From Nitrospirales bacterium (GTDB lineage: Bacteria; Nitrospirota; Nitrospiria; Nitrospirales; UBA8639), in NCBI GenBank assembly GCA_965203295.1, contig CBDBCZ010000015.1, positions 576,001 through 640,000 of the forward strand: a stretch of DNA of 64,000 nucleotides, in the 5' to 3' direction. The position numbers and the translations under genes are program-made. Shown piece by piece: positions 25,811 through 40,647 of the stretch (positions are counted from its first letter, which is position 1; every line of letters starts with the position of its first letter). A model generated the notes under the pieces. That model was not told where the DNA came from and did not search any database. It saw nothing but the letters and a program-made list of their open reading frames with translations.

Positions 25811-26299
25811 CACATAAAACACAAGCACTCCATAAATATAAGCACCCATCAAATACAAGTATTTCATGAATATAAGGACCCATCGAACACAAGCACTCCA
25901 TGAATGTAAGTACCCATCAAATATAAGTACCTTATGAATGTATGGATCCGTCGAATACAAGCACTCCATGAATATAAAGACCCATCAAATACAAGTACCC
26001 CCAGAATATAAGGACTCATGAAACACAAGCACTCTGGGAATATAAGGACCCCTCAAATACAAGTATCCCCTTAATTTAAGGACCCATCGAACCCAAGTAC
26101 TCCATGAATATGAAAACCCATCAAATACAAGCAAACCAGGAATATTCTCGCTTGAAGTATCCAATGAATGTGAGTACCCATCAGACAGCTAAGTAAACTA
26201 CAGGTTTAATGTTCGTGCTGTTGTAGTGTCATAAACAGCTCATTCACCAGTCCTTGAACCTTTTGCGAGCTTTTCCACTTTACTATTTCAAAAGTCTAT

Positions 26300-29200
26300 C
26301 TACCTATACACTGGTTTTTTAATGTGCGCCCAAGTAAACGGTGTATATACACCTATACATGGGTTTACACAAGTATACACAGGTATACAAAGTATATATA
26401 CGGGTTTACACAAGGTATACACAAGTATATATAACAACGCACGAGTATACGCGTGTACAATGAAGTAAGCTCGGATATACACAAACATACTTGGGTAAAC
26501 ACAACTATAAAGGTAAAATATTCCACAGTATACATTTCATACGCAAGTATATAGAATTATACCACCATTATACACAAGTATGTACAGTTATTAACGGTAA
26601 ATGCGAGTAAACGCAAGTATACTGGAGTAAACACAGGTATACACAAATATGTACAAGCACACACAGTTATACACAAAGTACACATCGCATACACAAATAT
26701 ACATATGTATACAGAAATATAGGCGGGTATACATACGTATGCAGATGTATACAGTTATACACAAGTATACACAGGTATAAAGAGGATATATACGTATTTA
26801 AATGTGTGAAAGGGTAGGTGTAAGCCTTATACTTTGGACGCTAGTGTTCCAAATTCATGACACACAGACATCACTGAGCCTATGGCCCTTTTTGTGATAC
26901 CAGCATGCCATGAAAATGGGCCAGCAAGGCCAGTCAAGAATTACTCATCCTAAAAAAAAGAGAAGGCTGTATATGTGGCTATGAAGAAGGGTACACCAGT
27001 ATAAACAAGAATACACAGGAATAGAAAAGCATATACACGAGTTTACACAAGTATAAACTATTATACGCGTCAAGTATACACATCTATACACGTGTATACA
27101 CAAGCATACACAAGTATACATCTGGTATACGTGGGTATACATACGTTTACAAGGGTATACACAAGTGTGCACTATTATACACAAGTATGAACACATACAC
27201 AGGTATACAGAGGCTTACACGGGTGTATACACAAGTATTACCAAGCATACATAAATACAAGGGAACACAAGTATACACAGGTATACACATATATACACGA
27301 GTTTACACAAGTATAAACTATTATACGCGTGTATACACAAGTATACTCATCTATATACGTGTATACACAAGCATACACAAGTATACATGGGTATACTCTG
27401 GTATACGTGGGTATACATACATTTACAAGAATATACACAAGTATGCACTGTTATACACAAGTATGAACACGTATACATGGGTATGAACAAGTATACACCG
27501 TTTAACAGAGGCTTACACGGGTGTATACACAAGTATTACCAAGCATACATAAGCATAAACAAGCTTAGACGGGTATACACAAGTATACACAAGTTTACAC
27601 GAGTACACACAAGTATACACAGGTATACTAAAGTATATACACGAGTTTACACAAGCATAATCTATTATACGCATGTATACGCAAGTATACACATCTATAC
27701 ACGCGTATACACAAACATACACAAGTATACATGGGTACACTCTGGTACACGTGGGTATACATACGTTTACAAGGGTATAAACACAAGTATGAACACGTAT
27801 ACACGGGTATGAACAAGTTTACACCGGTAAACAGAGGCTTACACGGGTGTATACACAAGTATTACCAAGCATACATAAGTATAAACAAGCTTACACGGGT
27901 ATACACAAGTATACACAAGTTTACACGGGTACACACAAGTATACACAGGTATACACATATATACACGAGTTTATACAAGTATAAACTATTATAAGCGTGT
28001 ATACTACACGTGTATACACAAGCATACACAAGTATACATGGGTATACTCTGGCATACGTGGGTATACATACGTTTACAAGAATATACACAAGTATGCACT
28101 GTTATACACAAGTATGAACACGTATACACGGGTATGAACAAGTATACACCGGTAAACAGAGGCTTACACGGGTGTATACACAAGTATTACCAAGCATACA
28201 TAAGTATAAACAAGCTTACAAGGATATACACAAGTATACACAATTTTACACAGGTACACAATATACTAGAGTATATACACGAGTTTACACAAGTATAAAC
28301 TATTATACGTGTGTATACACAAGTATACACATCTATACACGTATATACACAAGCATACACATGTATACACAAACATACACAGGTATACATGGGTATACTC
28401 TGGTATACGTGGGTATACATACGTTTACCAGGGTATACACAAGTATACTCTGATATACACAAGTATGAACACGTGTACACGGGTATGAACAAGTATACAA
28501 CGGTAAACAGAGGCTTACACGGGTGTATACACAAGTATTACCAAGCATACATAAGTATAAACAAGCTTACATGGGTATACACAAGTATACACAAGTTTAC
28601 ACGGGAGCACACAAGTATATACAGGTATACTATAGTATATACACGAGTTTACACAAGCATAATCTATTATACACGTGTATACACAAGTATACACATCTAT
28701 ACATGCGCATACACAAGCATACACAAGTATACATGGGTATACTCTGGTATATGTGGGTATACATACGTTTGCAAGGGTATACACAAGTGTGCACTGTTAT
28801 ACACAAGTATGAACACATACAAACGGGTATACAGAGGCTTACGCGGGTGTATACACAAGTATTCCAAAGCATACATAAGTATAAATAAGCTTACACGGGA
28901 ATACACAAGTATACACAAGTTTACACGAGTACACACAAGTATACACAGGTATACTAAAGTATATACATGAGTTTACACAAGCATAATCTATTATACGCGT
29001 GTATACACAAGTATACACATCTATACACACGTATACACAAACATACACAAGTTTACATGGGTACACTCTGGTACACGTGTGTATACATAGGTTTACAAGT
29101 GTATACACACAAGTATGAACACGTATACACGGGTATGAACAAGTATACACCGGTAAACAGAGGCTTACGCGGGTGTATACACAAGTATACACAAGTTTAC

Positions 29201-32200
29201 ACGAGTAAACACAAGTATACACAGGTATACACATATAGACACGAGTTTACACAAGTATAAACTATTATACGCGTGTATACACAAGTATATACATCTATAC
29301 ACGCGTATACACAAACATACACAAGTATACATGGGTATACTCTGGTATACGTGGGTATACATACGTTTACAAGGGTATACACACAAGTATGAACACGTAT
29401 ACACGGGTATGAACAAGTTTACACCGGTAAACAGAGGCTTACACTGGTGTATACACAAGTATACACAAGTTTATACGGGTACACACAAGTATACACAGGT
29501 ATACACATATAGACACGAGTTTACACAAGTATAAACTATTATACGCGTGTATACACAAGTATACACATCTATATACGTGTATACACAAGCATACACAAGT
29601 ATACATGGGTATACTCTGGTATAGTGGGTATACATACATTTACAAGAATATACACAAGTATGTACTATTATACACAAGTATGAACACGTATACATGGGTA
29701 TGAACAAGTATACACCGTTTAACAGAGGCTTACACGGGTGTATACACAAGTATTACCAAGCATACATAAGCATAAACAAGCTTAGACGGGTATACACAAG
29801 TATACACAAGTTTACACGAGTACACACAAGTATACACAGGTATACTAAAGTATATACACGAGTTTACACAAGCATAATCTATTATACTCGTGTATACGCA
29901 AGTATACACATCTATACACGCGTATACACAAACATACACAAGTATACATGGGTACACTCTGGTACACGTGGGTATACATACGTTTACAAGGGTATAAACA
30001 CAAGTATGAACACGTATACACGGGTATGAACAAGTTTACACCGGTAAACAGAGGCTTACACGGGTGTATACACAAGTATTACCAAGCATACATAAGTATA
30101 AACAAGCTTACACGGGTATACACAAGTATACACAAGTTTACACGGGTACACACAAGTATACACAGGTATAAACATATATACACGAGTTTATACAAGTATA
30201 AACTATTATACGCGTGTATACTACACGTGTATACACAAGCATACACAAGTATACATGGGTATACTCTGGCATACGTGGGTATACATACGTTTACAAGAAT
30301 ATACACAAGTATGCAATGTTATACACAAGTATGAACACGTATACACGGGTATGAACAAGTATACACCGGTAAACAGAGGCTTACACGGGTGTATACACAA
30401 GTATTACCAAGCATACATAAGTATAAACAAGCTTACAAGGATATACACAAGTATACACAATTTTACACAGGTACACAAAAGTATACACAGGTATACTAGA
30501 GTATATACACGAGTTTACACAAGTATAAACTATTATACGCGTGTATACACAAGTATACACATCTATACGCAAGCATACACAAGTATACACCTGGTATACG
30601 TGGGTATACATACGTTTACAAGGGTATACACAAGTGTGCACTATTATACACAAGTATGAACACATACACAGGTATACAGAGGCTTACACAGGTGTATACA
30701 CAAGTATTACCAAGCATACATAAATATAAACAAACTTACACGGGTATACACAAGTATACACAAGTTTACACGGGAACACATTAGTATACACAGGTATACA
30801 CATATATACACGAGTTTACACAAGTATAAACTATTATACGTGTGTATACACAAGTATACACATCTATACACGTATATACACAAGCATACACGTGTATACA
30901 CAAGCATACACAGGTATACATGGGTATACTCTGGTATACGTGGGTATACATACGTTTACAAGGGTATACACAAGTATGCTCTGATATACACAAGTATGAA
31001 CACGTGTACACGGGTATGAACAAGTATACAACGGTAAACAGAGGCTTACACGGGTGTATACACAAGTATTACCAAGCATACATAAGTATAAACAAGCTTA
31101 CATGGGTATACACAAGTATACACAAGTTTACACGGGGGCACACAAGTATATACAGGTATACTAAAGTATATACACGAGTTTACACAAGCATAATCTATTA
31201 TACACGTGTATACACAAGTATACACATCTATACACGCGCATACACAAGCATACACAAGTATACATGGGTATACTCTGGTATATGTGGGTATACATACGTT
31301 TGCAAGGGTATACACAAGTGTGCACTGTTATACACAAGTATGAACACATACAAACGGGTATACAGAGGCTTACGCGGGTGTATACACAAGTATTCCAAAG
31401 CATACATAAGTATAAATAAGCTTACACGGGAATACACAAGTATACACAAGTTTACATGGGTACACACAAGTATACACAGGTATACACATATACACATGAG
31501 TTTACACAAGTATAAACTATTATACGCGTGTATACACAAGTATACACATCTATACACGTGTATACACAAGCATACACAAGTATACATGGGTATACTCTGG
31601 TATACGTGGGTATACATACGTTTACAAGAATATACACAAGTATGTACTGTTATACACAAGTATGAACACGTATACACGGGTAGAAACAAGTATACACCGG
31701 TAAACAGAGACTTACACGGGTGTATATACGAGTATTACCAAGCATACATAAGTATAAACAAGCTTACACGAGTATACACAAGTATACACAAGTATACACG
31801 AGTACACACAAGTATACACAGGTATACTAAAGTATATACGCGAGTTTACACAAGCATAATCTATTATACGCGTGTATACACAAGTATACACATCTATACA
31901 CGCGTATACACAAACATACACAAGTTTACATGGGTACACTCTGGTATACGTGGGTATACATACGTTTACAAGTGTATACACACAAGTATGAACACGTATA
32001 CACGGGTATGAACAAGTTTACACCGGTAAACAGAGGCTTACACGGGTGTATACACAAGTATTACCAAGCATACATAAGTATAAACAAGCTTACATGGGTA
32101 TACACAAGTTTACACAAGTTTACACGGGTACACACAAGTATACACAGGTATACACATATACACATGAGTTTACACAAGTATAAACTATTATACGCGTGTA

Positions 32201-35200
32201 TACACAAGTATACACATCTATACACGTGTATACACAAGCATACACAAGTATACATGGGTATACTCTGGTATACGTGGGTATACATACGTTTACAAGAATA
32301 TACACAAGTATGTACTGTTATACACAAGTATGAACACGTATACACGGGTAGAAACAAGTATACACCGGTAAACAGAGACTTACACGGGTGTATATACGAG
32401 TATTACCAAGCATACATAAGTATAAACAAGCTTACATGAGTATACACAAGTATACACAAGTATACACGAGTACACACAAGTATACACAGGTATACTAAAG
32501 TATATACGCGAGTTTACACAAGCATAATCTATTATACGCGTGTATACACAAGTATACACATCTATACACGCGTATACACAAACATACACAAGTTTACATG
32601 GGTACACTCTGGTATACGTGGGTATACATACGTTTACAAGTGTATACACACAAGTATGAACACGTATACACGGGTATGAACAAGTTTACACCGGTAAACA
32701 GAGGCTTACACGGGTGTATACACAAGTATTACCAAGCATACATAAGTATAAACAAGCTTACATGGGTATACACAAGTTTACACAAGTTTACACGGGTACA
32801 CACAAGTATACACAGGTATACACATATAAACACGAGTTTACACAAGTATAAACTATTATACGCGTGTATACACAAGTATACACATCTATACACGCGTATA
32901 CACAAGAATACACAAGTATACATGGGTATACTCTGGTATACGTGGGTATACATACGTTTACAAGAATATACACAAGTATGCACTGTTATACACAAGTATG
33001 AACACGTATACACGGGTATGAATAAGTATACACCGGTAAACAGAGGCTTACACGGGTGTATACACAAGTATTACCAAGCATACATAAGCATAGACAAGCT
33101 TACACGGGTATACACAAGTATACACAAGTTTACACGGGTACACACAAGTATACACAGGTATTTACATATATACACAAGTTTACACAAGTATAAACTATCA
33201 TACGCGTGTATACACAAGTATACACATCTATACACGCGTATACACAAGCATACACAAGTATACATGGGTATACTCTGGTATACGTGGGTATACATACGTT
33301 TGCAAGGGTATACACAAGTGTGCACTGTTATACACAAGTATGAACACATATAAACGGGTATACAGAGGCTTACGCGGGTGTATACACAAGTATTACCAAG
33401 CATACATAAGTATAAATAAGCTAACACGGGTATACACAAGTATACACAAGTTTACACGGGTACACACGAGTATACACAGGTATACACATATATACACGAG
33501 TTTACACAAGTATAAACTATTATACGCGTGTATACACAAGTATACACATCTATACACGTGTATACACAAGCATACACAAGTATACATGGGTATACTCTGG
33601 TATACGTGGGTATACATACGTTTACAAGAATATACACAAGTATGCACTGTTATACACAAGTATGAACACGTATACATGGGTATGAACAAGTATACACCGG
33701 TAAACAGAGGCTTACACGGGCATACACAGGTATACACAAGTATACATGTGTATATACAAGTTTATACTATACCTAAGTCATTCTAACCAATCAGATTTCA
33801 GCATTTCGCATAGATAACGAGTCATATTCTACCGCGGGAAAAATATACCCCGATTGCCGACGTAAAACGGTACCCGGTTCCGTTCCATTCGTTCAAACGG
33901 TGAGAAAGCTACAGTAGCTGGTGGCTGGGGGAGCCTAGGCTGATTGTATGGCGGCTATTTTACCCATAAATCGTTGGAAAGTTATATGGAGAAGTACCGT
34001 AAGCTACTGTTTTCTAGTTTCGCTGAGATTCTGTGTTTTTGTGCGTGTGGTAACGCTGCCATCCTACCGTTTTGTGTCAAATGGCACTAGGCTCGGGATG
34101 GATGGTTACTTACTATGGCTCCTAGCAGTCGTTCAGTCTTGCTACAGTTTCTGGGAATGTTTTCCTTGCTCTAGCTTAGCCTTCTACTCCATCGATCGAA
34201 TCTTGATGCTAGTTGGCCTGCTTGCTCTATTGTGCCGAACGGTGCAGCCTTTCAAGCCTCTAGCTTTTCTTACAGATCTACAAACTCTTGTTAGAATGAC
34301 TTAGGCATAGTACAAAATAGAAAGATCACTGCGTAGTGGGTTGTATGGCCCGTTATCTACCTTGGAAAAGTTATCTCCCTTGGAAGCCTCGGAAGTACCT
34401 CAGGCTTCGCCCTCGGAACTTCCTAGGCTTCCGCGGGTGATAACTTTTCCCGCGGTAGATAACGGGTCGTACACCCCGCTACGCAGTGATCTATCCTATA
34501 CATAAACAGGTATACAGCGGTATACACAAATGTGCACAGGAAAACACGGGTATACACAGAAATACACGGGTATACACAGGTATACAAGTGTATACACATG
34601 TGTACCACAGTATACAATAGAATACACAAGTATACACGAGTATATATGGGTATACGAGGGTAAACACAAGTATGCCCGGCATACACAAGTATACACAAGT
34701 ATACCGGGCATATACAAATACACACAGTTAAATACAAGTATCACAAACGTACCAGGTATACACAAGTACACACAGGTATATCAAAGGTATACACAAGTGT
34801 AGACAGGTGTACACAAGTATACATGTAATAGTTGTACCATGGGTTTCTAGAGTGTATTGAATTTGTACTCCGAAGGCAGTTATATGTATTCCCGAGGGTG
34901 CAGCCCGAGGGAATACCTATAACTGCACGAAGAGTTCAAACCCATACACCCTAGAAACCCATGGTACAGGTGACTTGTACCATAATACAATTACAAACGC
35001 TGTTAGTTATAACAAGTGCTAATGGAGAAGCATGTTGCCTTGCAACCATATACCCTAGGTTATATTGACGGTTCAAATGAGTCGCTAGGGTGTAGGCTGA
35101 TATACCCTGGGCGGTGCCTTTCATGTAGAGGTGCATTGTGGTACAAGAATACATACAAGTGTACACGATTATACACGGGTATACACATGTATACACAAAT

Positions 35201-38190
35201 ATACACCAGTATACACCAATGTATATTACTCTACACAAGTATACACAGTTGTAAACAAGTATTCACAACTATACACGTGTATACACAAGTATGAAGAGCT
35301 AAACCCGGGTATACACAAGTATACACAAACATACACTGGTATACACTGGTGGTATACGTGGGTATACACAGGTATACGTGGATATACCAAAGTATACGTG
35401 GGTATACACTAGATACAGGGGTATACACAGGTGCACTCTGGTACAAACATTGTATACACAAGTATACCCGGTATACACTAATATGCACAGGTATACACAT
35501 GTATACACAAGCATTAACAGGTTTACTAGTTTACAGGGGTATACAAGTATATGCAAGTATACATGGGTATACAAGAATATCCAGAAGTATACACAAGTAT
35601 ATGGAATATACACAAGTATACATAGGTATGCACCAGTATACCGGGTATACTCCAGTATACCAGGTATACAGAAGTACACACAGGTATACACAAGTATACA
35701 CAAGTACACCAGGTATACACAAGTACACACAAAGGTATACACAAGTATACACAGGTGTACACTGTTATACACAAGCATACACGAATATTACACACAGGTG
35801 TACTCGGTTATACACAAGTATACATATGTATACAAAAGTATACACGAGTATACACAGGTATACACAAGTATACACACATGTACACGCATACACAGGTATA
35901 CACAAGCAAACACAGGTATACAGATGTATGCTCGGGTATAAACAAGTATACACAAGTATACACAGGTATACACGTGTATACGTTGGTATGCGTATTAGTT
36001 AAAACCAGCCACCAAGGGCTGTATGGAATTTATAGCACACGAGTGCAATAACTAATTAGGGCTCTAATTAGATAATTATTGCATGAGTGCCCCATACAGC
36101 CTGCAGGTGGCTTGGTTTAACAGATTTGTAGCCCTATGGCTTCCAGTGCATGCTCAGCTTACCATCAGTGGCTTCCTTCAAGTGTACAGCTGCAACCACA
36201 GGACAATAACAGGTTATTGCCCTGCTCTGTGGTAAGCCACAGGGCAATAACCTGTATTGCCCTCCTCTGGGGTTACTACAGAGCATTATGGCATATATTG
36301 CCCAGTCGGTGCCTTTGATAGTATGGCTTCAAGGGCTACAAGTATAGGTTAAACCACAACTCCAAGGGCTGTATGGGAAATACGTGAGTGCAATAATTCA
36401 ATTAGAGCACGAGGGCAAAGCCCAAGGGCTCTTGTTTAATCATTACACGAGTGGATTTCCCATACAGCCCTCTTCGAGCTGTGGTTTAACTTGTTTGTAG
36501 CATGGAATAGCGAGTGGAATGGCTCGTTGGTTTGAGCAGTAAGAGCGCTCGGCATCGGAAAGCAAGGTAAGTTACTCCACATCTGTCTGTAGTTTGTAGA
36601 GAGTCATACTGCCTGCCGTTGTGGCTAAGCGAGAGCTAGATCGGTGTTCTGTTGTAGCCTCTAGCTGCCTTTCATGTTCAATAAAGTTGCTAGGAGTGCT
36701 GTCTGTGCTAGTTGAGAAGATTTTGAGTTGTTAAAGCCTTTTTGTCATGCTTACCGTTTCCAGCTAGGTACCTTTCGGTTAGTGTCTACAAAGCTCTAGA
36801 GAGCCTTGCCGGTCAAGCTAACTGAATTATAGTACGTTTTTGAAGCTTGTCTGCGAAATATCCAGCCACGTACCGTCCGGTGAATGTCTACAGAGCTCTA
36901 GAGAGCCTACCTAGCTGTAGTCGCTAAGGCTTCTGGTGAAATATATGCCGTTATGCGGTGCAATATGGATATTGCACTGGAAGCGAGTGCTGTATGGAAT
37001 ATATTGCACTGTCGGTGCTTTGAACCACCCACGTACCTTGCTACAAACTAGTATACACAGGTATACACAGGCATACACAGGCATACACAGGTATTCAGAG
37101 GCAGACACTGGTATACACAAGTATGACCAGGTATACACTAGTATACACAAGTATACAAGAGTATATACAAGTATACACACTTATACATGGGTAAACACAT
37201 GTATGCACAACCATACATGGGTATACACAAGTATACACTGGTATACAGTGGTAAACACACGTATACACTAGTATACACAAGCATGTTAGGCAAATGCAAA
37301 TTCTATTCCTGCCACTAAGCGGTCACACGCACCTGGCAAAGCCAAGCTGCTTATGCACTAAGCAAGTACTATTGGCCAGTGCTGGTAAACTCCCGGAGCC
37401 GGGCTAGGAGCTCGCAGGAAGACTGATTGCTTCTCTCAGCATTTGGTGTTGGCACCCGAAGTCCCACCTGGACCAAGGCTGATACATGAGAGCAGCCAGT
37501 TGAATTCGCACCCCAGTGAAAATGCCAGGTACCCATTAGAGCTGGGAGGGCTGGTGTGTACAGGTGACATGAGATGGTACTTCACACCAAATAAATGATG
37601 GAAATAATATTTATTTACCAGGGGATTCGAACCACCAACCCTTGGGTTGTGAGTCCAGTGCTCTAAACACTCTGCCACCGTGACACACACATACACAAGC
37701 ATACACGGGTATACACAAACACACAGGTAAACACAAATATACACAAATATACACGAGTATACATAAGTATACACTTGTGTACAGAAGTATACATTGGTAT
37801 ATACGAGTATATACAGGCATACAAAGTATACGCGAGGATACACTCATATGGTCTTGTATACACAGGTATACACAAGCATACACGAGTATACACAGGTATA
37901 CATGGGTATACACAAGTATATCCACAAGTAATCACGAGTATATACGACTATACGGGGGTATACACAAGTATACACAGGTATACACGTGTACACACAGGTA
38001 TACACGTTTATACACAGGTATACATAAATATACATAAGTACGTATACACGTTTATGCACAAGTATACACAAGTATACGGAGTTATACACAAGTATACACG
38101 GGTATACACAGGGGTATACACTGGTATACACAAGTGCACACAGGTATACGGCAATATACACCGGTATACACGTGTAGACCCGTGTAAACC
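26300..38190 (-). repeat. 10-bp satellite (AGTATACACA)n, right arm, reverse orientation
   Basis: Reverse complement of the left-arm satellite with the same landmarks (cagaggctt). Higher-order array at ~27030-33720. Confidence 0.97.
37285..37684 (-). mobile_element. tRNA-derived SINE-like element, mirror copy of 1813-2210
   Basis: Reverse complement of 1813-2210 with few substitutions. Confidence 0.65.
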
Positions 38191-38488
38191 TCAATATAAA
38201 TGTTGCCTCCTTCGCTGGAAGCAGCATTCTAATTAGTGGGCACACACACTAGGCTATTTGTATGCATAGATTTAGAGATATAGCACTCACCTCCATATCA
38301 TCTGGCCAAACCGCCTCCTAATGCCAACGTCCCTGATTGTGTACCCTCGTAATCAGGCCACCTGTAGAGGGTAGAGATATTACCGTAAACTACGTATTAT
38401 CCGCCCATCTCCCTCTTTGAGTCAAAGTTACGATAGGGTATTTATGCCCTTGTAGCCCGTTGCTAGGTGGTTAAGTTTACAGAGGCCC

Positions 38489-40080
38489 TATAAATGGGTA
38501 AAATACCCCAGAAGAGGTGAATCAGCTATATCAAGTGTAAAAAGTAGCTATATCAGGGGTGAAGAATGGCTATAACTACCACAAAAACTTGAATTGTGAA
38601 TTTTTAAATTTAAATTTTTAAGAGCAAAATCAGTCAGTGAATGAATGAAGAGCAAAATGAAGAGACAGCTGGAAAACAACTGAAAACTACAAGCAGAGAA
38701 ACAACTAAAACAAGTTAGTCAGACCAAAACTCATTAAACTCGATATAAGTTATAGGTCCAGGATATTGCCCAGGGGTAAGGCTGGAAGTGAAGGAGGGAC
38801 TAAAGACTGTGGCTGGGGTAAGCTAGGACTGTGACAACTCTAGATTGTTACATTACGGCCAGAAAAGTTCATTTGCGGCACCAGTACAGGAAGCTGTACA
38901 GGAGGTGGTACCGGAGGTAGTACAGGAACACGTGAAGTGGTCTGCAATGACAGCTGTTTCTGGAAAGTTGTGCCATCTGTAGCTGAGAGGATTCGAGACG
39001 CCGTCTCCTGCTGACCGATTGTAGTGCACTCATAGTGACGAAGCCCACTAACTGACAAATGTCTCATTCCATTCCTGTATTAAATTTTCTGGAACACCAG
39101 CTTGATACAGGTCTATTGCACCTGTCACTCACAGGCTATGGTCGATCTTTCTGCCACTTATTCCTCCCTCAGAGTACACTTCTTTCACCATTTTACAGAG
39201 GGAGTTCTTCCCAATTGGGTTCACAGTAAACCATGGCTTTGAGGAGTCATCGTGAACGGTTGAACAGGGCTGCACATAGAAATTGTCACGAGTGAATGCT
39301 GCCGGAAAAAGCTTCGGTATGTATAGATCAAGTACATGAACATGGCATCGAGTACCAGCCTTGGGTGCAGCAACGATTAGTACAGCCTTGTTTTTCACAC
39401 GCACCTGTGCCAAGCCACCGGAACAATTCTTAGACGTGTTCTCTGTGTAGGCATACCTGAGGGGATCAGTGAACTTCTTGTGCTGGCTGAGCTTGAGTTG
39501 CTGGTGTTCTTCTCCCCCTAGTAAACAAAAGTTCTTTCCATTTGGAAAAAAAAATTGCATGCAACAATACCTTCGTATTCTTTGTTGACCGCACACCAGA
39601 CTCCCCTGAGCATTTCTTCTTCCGCTTTTGTGAATGGCTGTGCTTCCTTAGTCTCAGAGCCAACTCCCTGCAGCCACAGTTCTCGAAGAGCGTTGTCAAG
39701 GGCGTTATGAAAAGACGAAAATCGCTGATCTCCTGTGTCCAAGAAGTTGGGGCTACAAGTGGGCTGAGCGTGCGTATGATGAAATAGCCCAGTTAGCAGC
39801 ATGTAAACAGATTTGGAGGGTATCGACTGCCATCTTGCTTCCTTGTCTCAGCTACAAACACTGCTTTTGATTGTAAAACCGACGGTAAGTCCGTAAGCCA
39901 CTTCACTTTTTATTGGATAACAGTAGTGTGCATGCTTCTTTAATAACTAGTTCCTCACAATTTGCATTCACTGTGGTGTGGTACTTGCCTAGAAAAGCTA
40001 TACTTACCTCGTATGCTCGCTTTGCATACCGCACGTTTGAAAAATGTTTGAGTGGGGGGATACTACATGGCCTTTATAAA
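38489..40080 (-). mobile_element. Putative Crypton element bounded by 6-bp direct repeats TATAAA
   Basis: tataaa at 38489-38494 and 40075-40080 encloses the YR pseudogene. Removing the interval rejoins two halves of a MITE. The mirror boundary tttata is at 969-974. Confidence 0.55.
38840..39862 (-). pseudogene. Crypton-type tyrosine recombinase (DUF3504), degenerate, right arm
   Basis: FVAETRKQDGSRYP..YMLLTGL..NFLDTGDQRF..LDNALREL..GVG..AQPFT..EEE..GGEEH..SKN..PIGKN..DHSL*..GLRHYE, split over frameshifted ORFs 39518..39802, 39129..39596 and 38840..39067. Confidence 0.88.
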
Positions 40081-40324
40081 ACTACGTATTATCAGCCCCC
40101 TCCCCTCTTTCAGCTTGCACTTAAGCGGGCCCGCCCATGAGCGGATATTACGTAGTTTACGGTACCATCTCTGCATGGGTGAGGATTAGACCTAGGTCTA
40201 TTGGCTGGTGGGTATAGTGTTAACTATGTACGTGCATACCCAGACACATATATAATATTATACATATTGCAAACTTCTGTGAGAAGATAAGCTTTCTGAG
40301 AGAGTAAAGTAATCCCGAAAAATC

Positions 40325-40402
40325 GGGACCCAGCTGGGGATTCAACCCAGGACCTTCTGAATACTAGTCAGATGCTCTTACCAATTGAGCTATTGGAGCC
40401 CC
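40325..40402 (-). tRNA. tRNA-Thr(AGT)-like pseudogene, 5'-flank-truncated copy (repeat 40265-40409)
   Basis: Same sequence as 7675-7752 with a B-box substitution (GTTGAA). Confidence 0.55.
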
Positions 40403-40647
40403 CTTGGCATATGCATGTCTATAGTACATTATGATTATATTATAGGGCCTGCGAGAGTGACCTCCACGTTTCCAGGCTTTGGGTTAGGAATCAGTACTAT
40501 CACCTACGTATGTATAAAAATGGGGAGGTATGTGGGGCGAACTGGCTAACACACAGCTCGGGTTAGGGTTGGGCTGCTGAATGAATAGCAGGAAAACATA
40601 TATTATACGGCAGCATGAGCTAGGGTTAGGCATTTACACCCCTCTAG

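Larger units (their letters stand above)
1..39525. repeat. Giant inverted repeat (palindrome), axis at 25043/25044; left arm truncated by window edge
   Basis: 1-5778 is the reverse complement of ~33720-39525 (e.g. 118-aa ORF 5194..5550- vs 33948..34304+ differ by 2 aa). 15820-17270 mirrors ~25560-27027. All satellites switch strand at aacag|ctgtt (25039-25048). Confidence 0.95.
38381..40164. mobile_element. TA-flanked TIR MITE (CCGTAAACTACG ends, Tc1/mariner-like) interrupted by the Crypton
   Basis: taccgtaaactacgtattatccgc (38381-38404) vs gcggatattacgtagtttacggta (40141-40164), 1 mismatch. Empty paralogous site with a single TA at 40817-40818. Mirror TIR at 1062-1085. Confidence 0.8.

Noticed and set aside
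1239..38245. Hundreds of Y/T/C/V/H-rich ORFs
   Set aside because: Translations of the 10-bp satellite in all frames; no domain signal.
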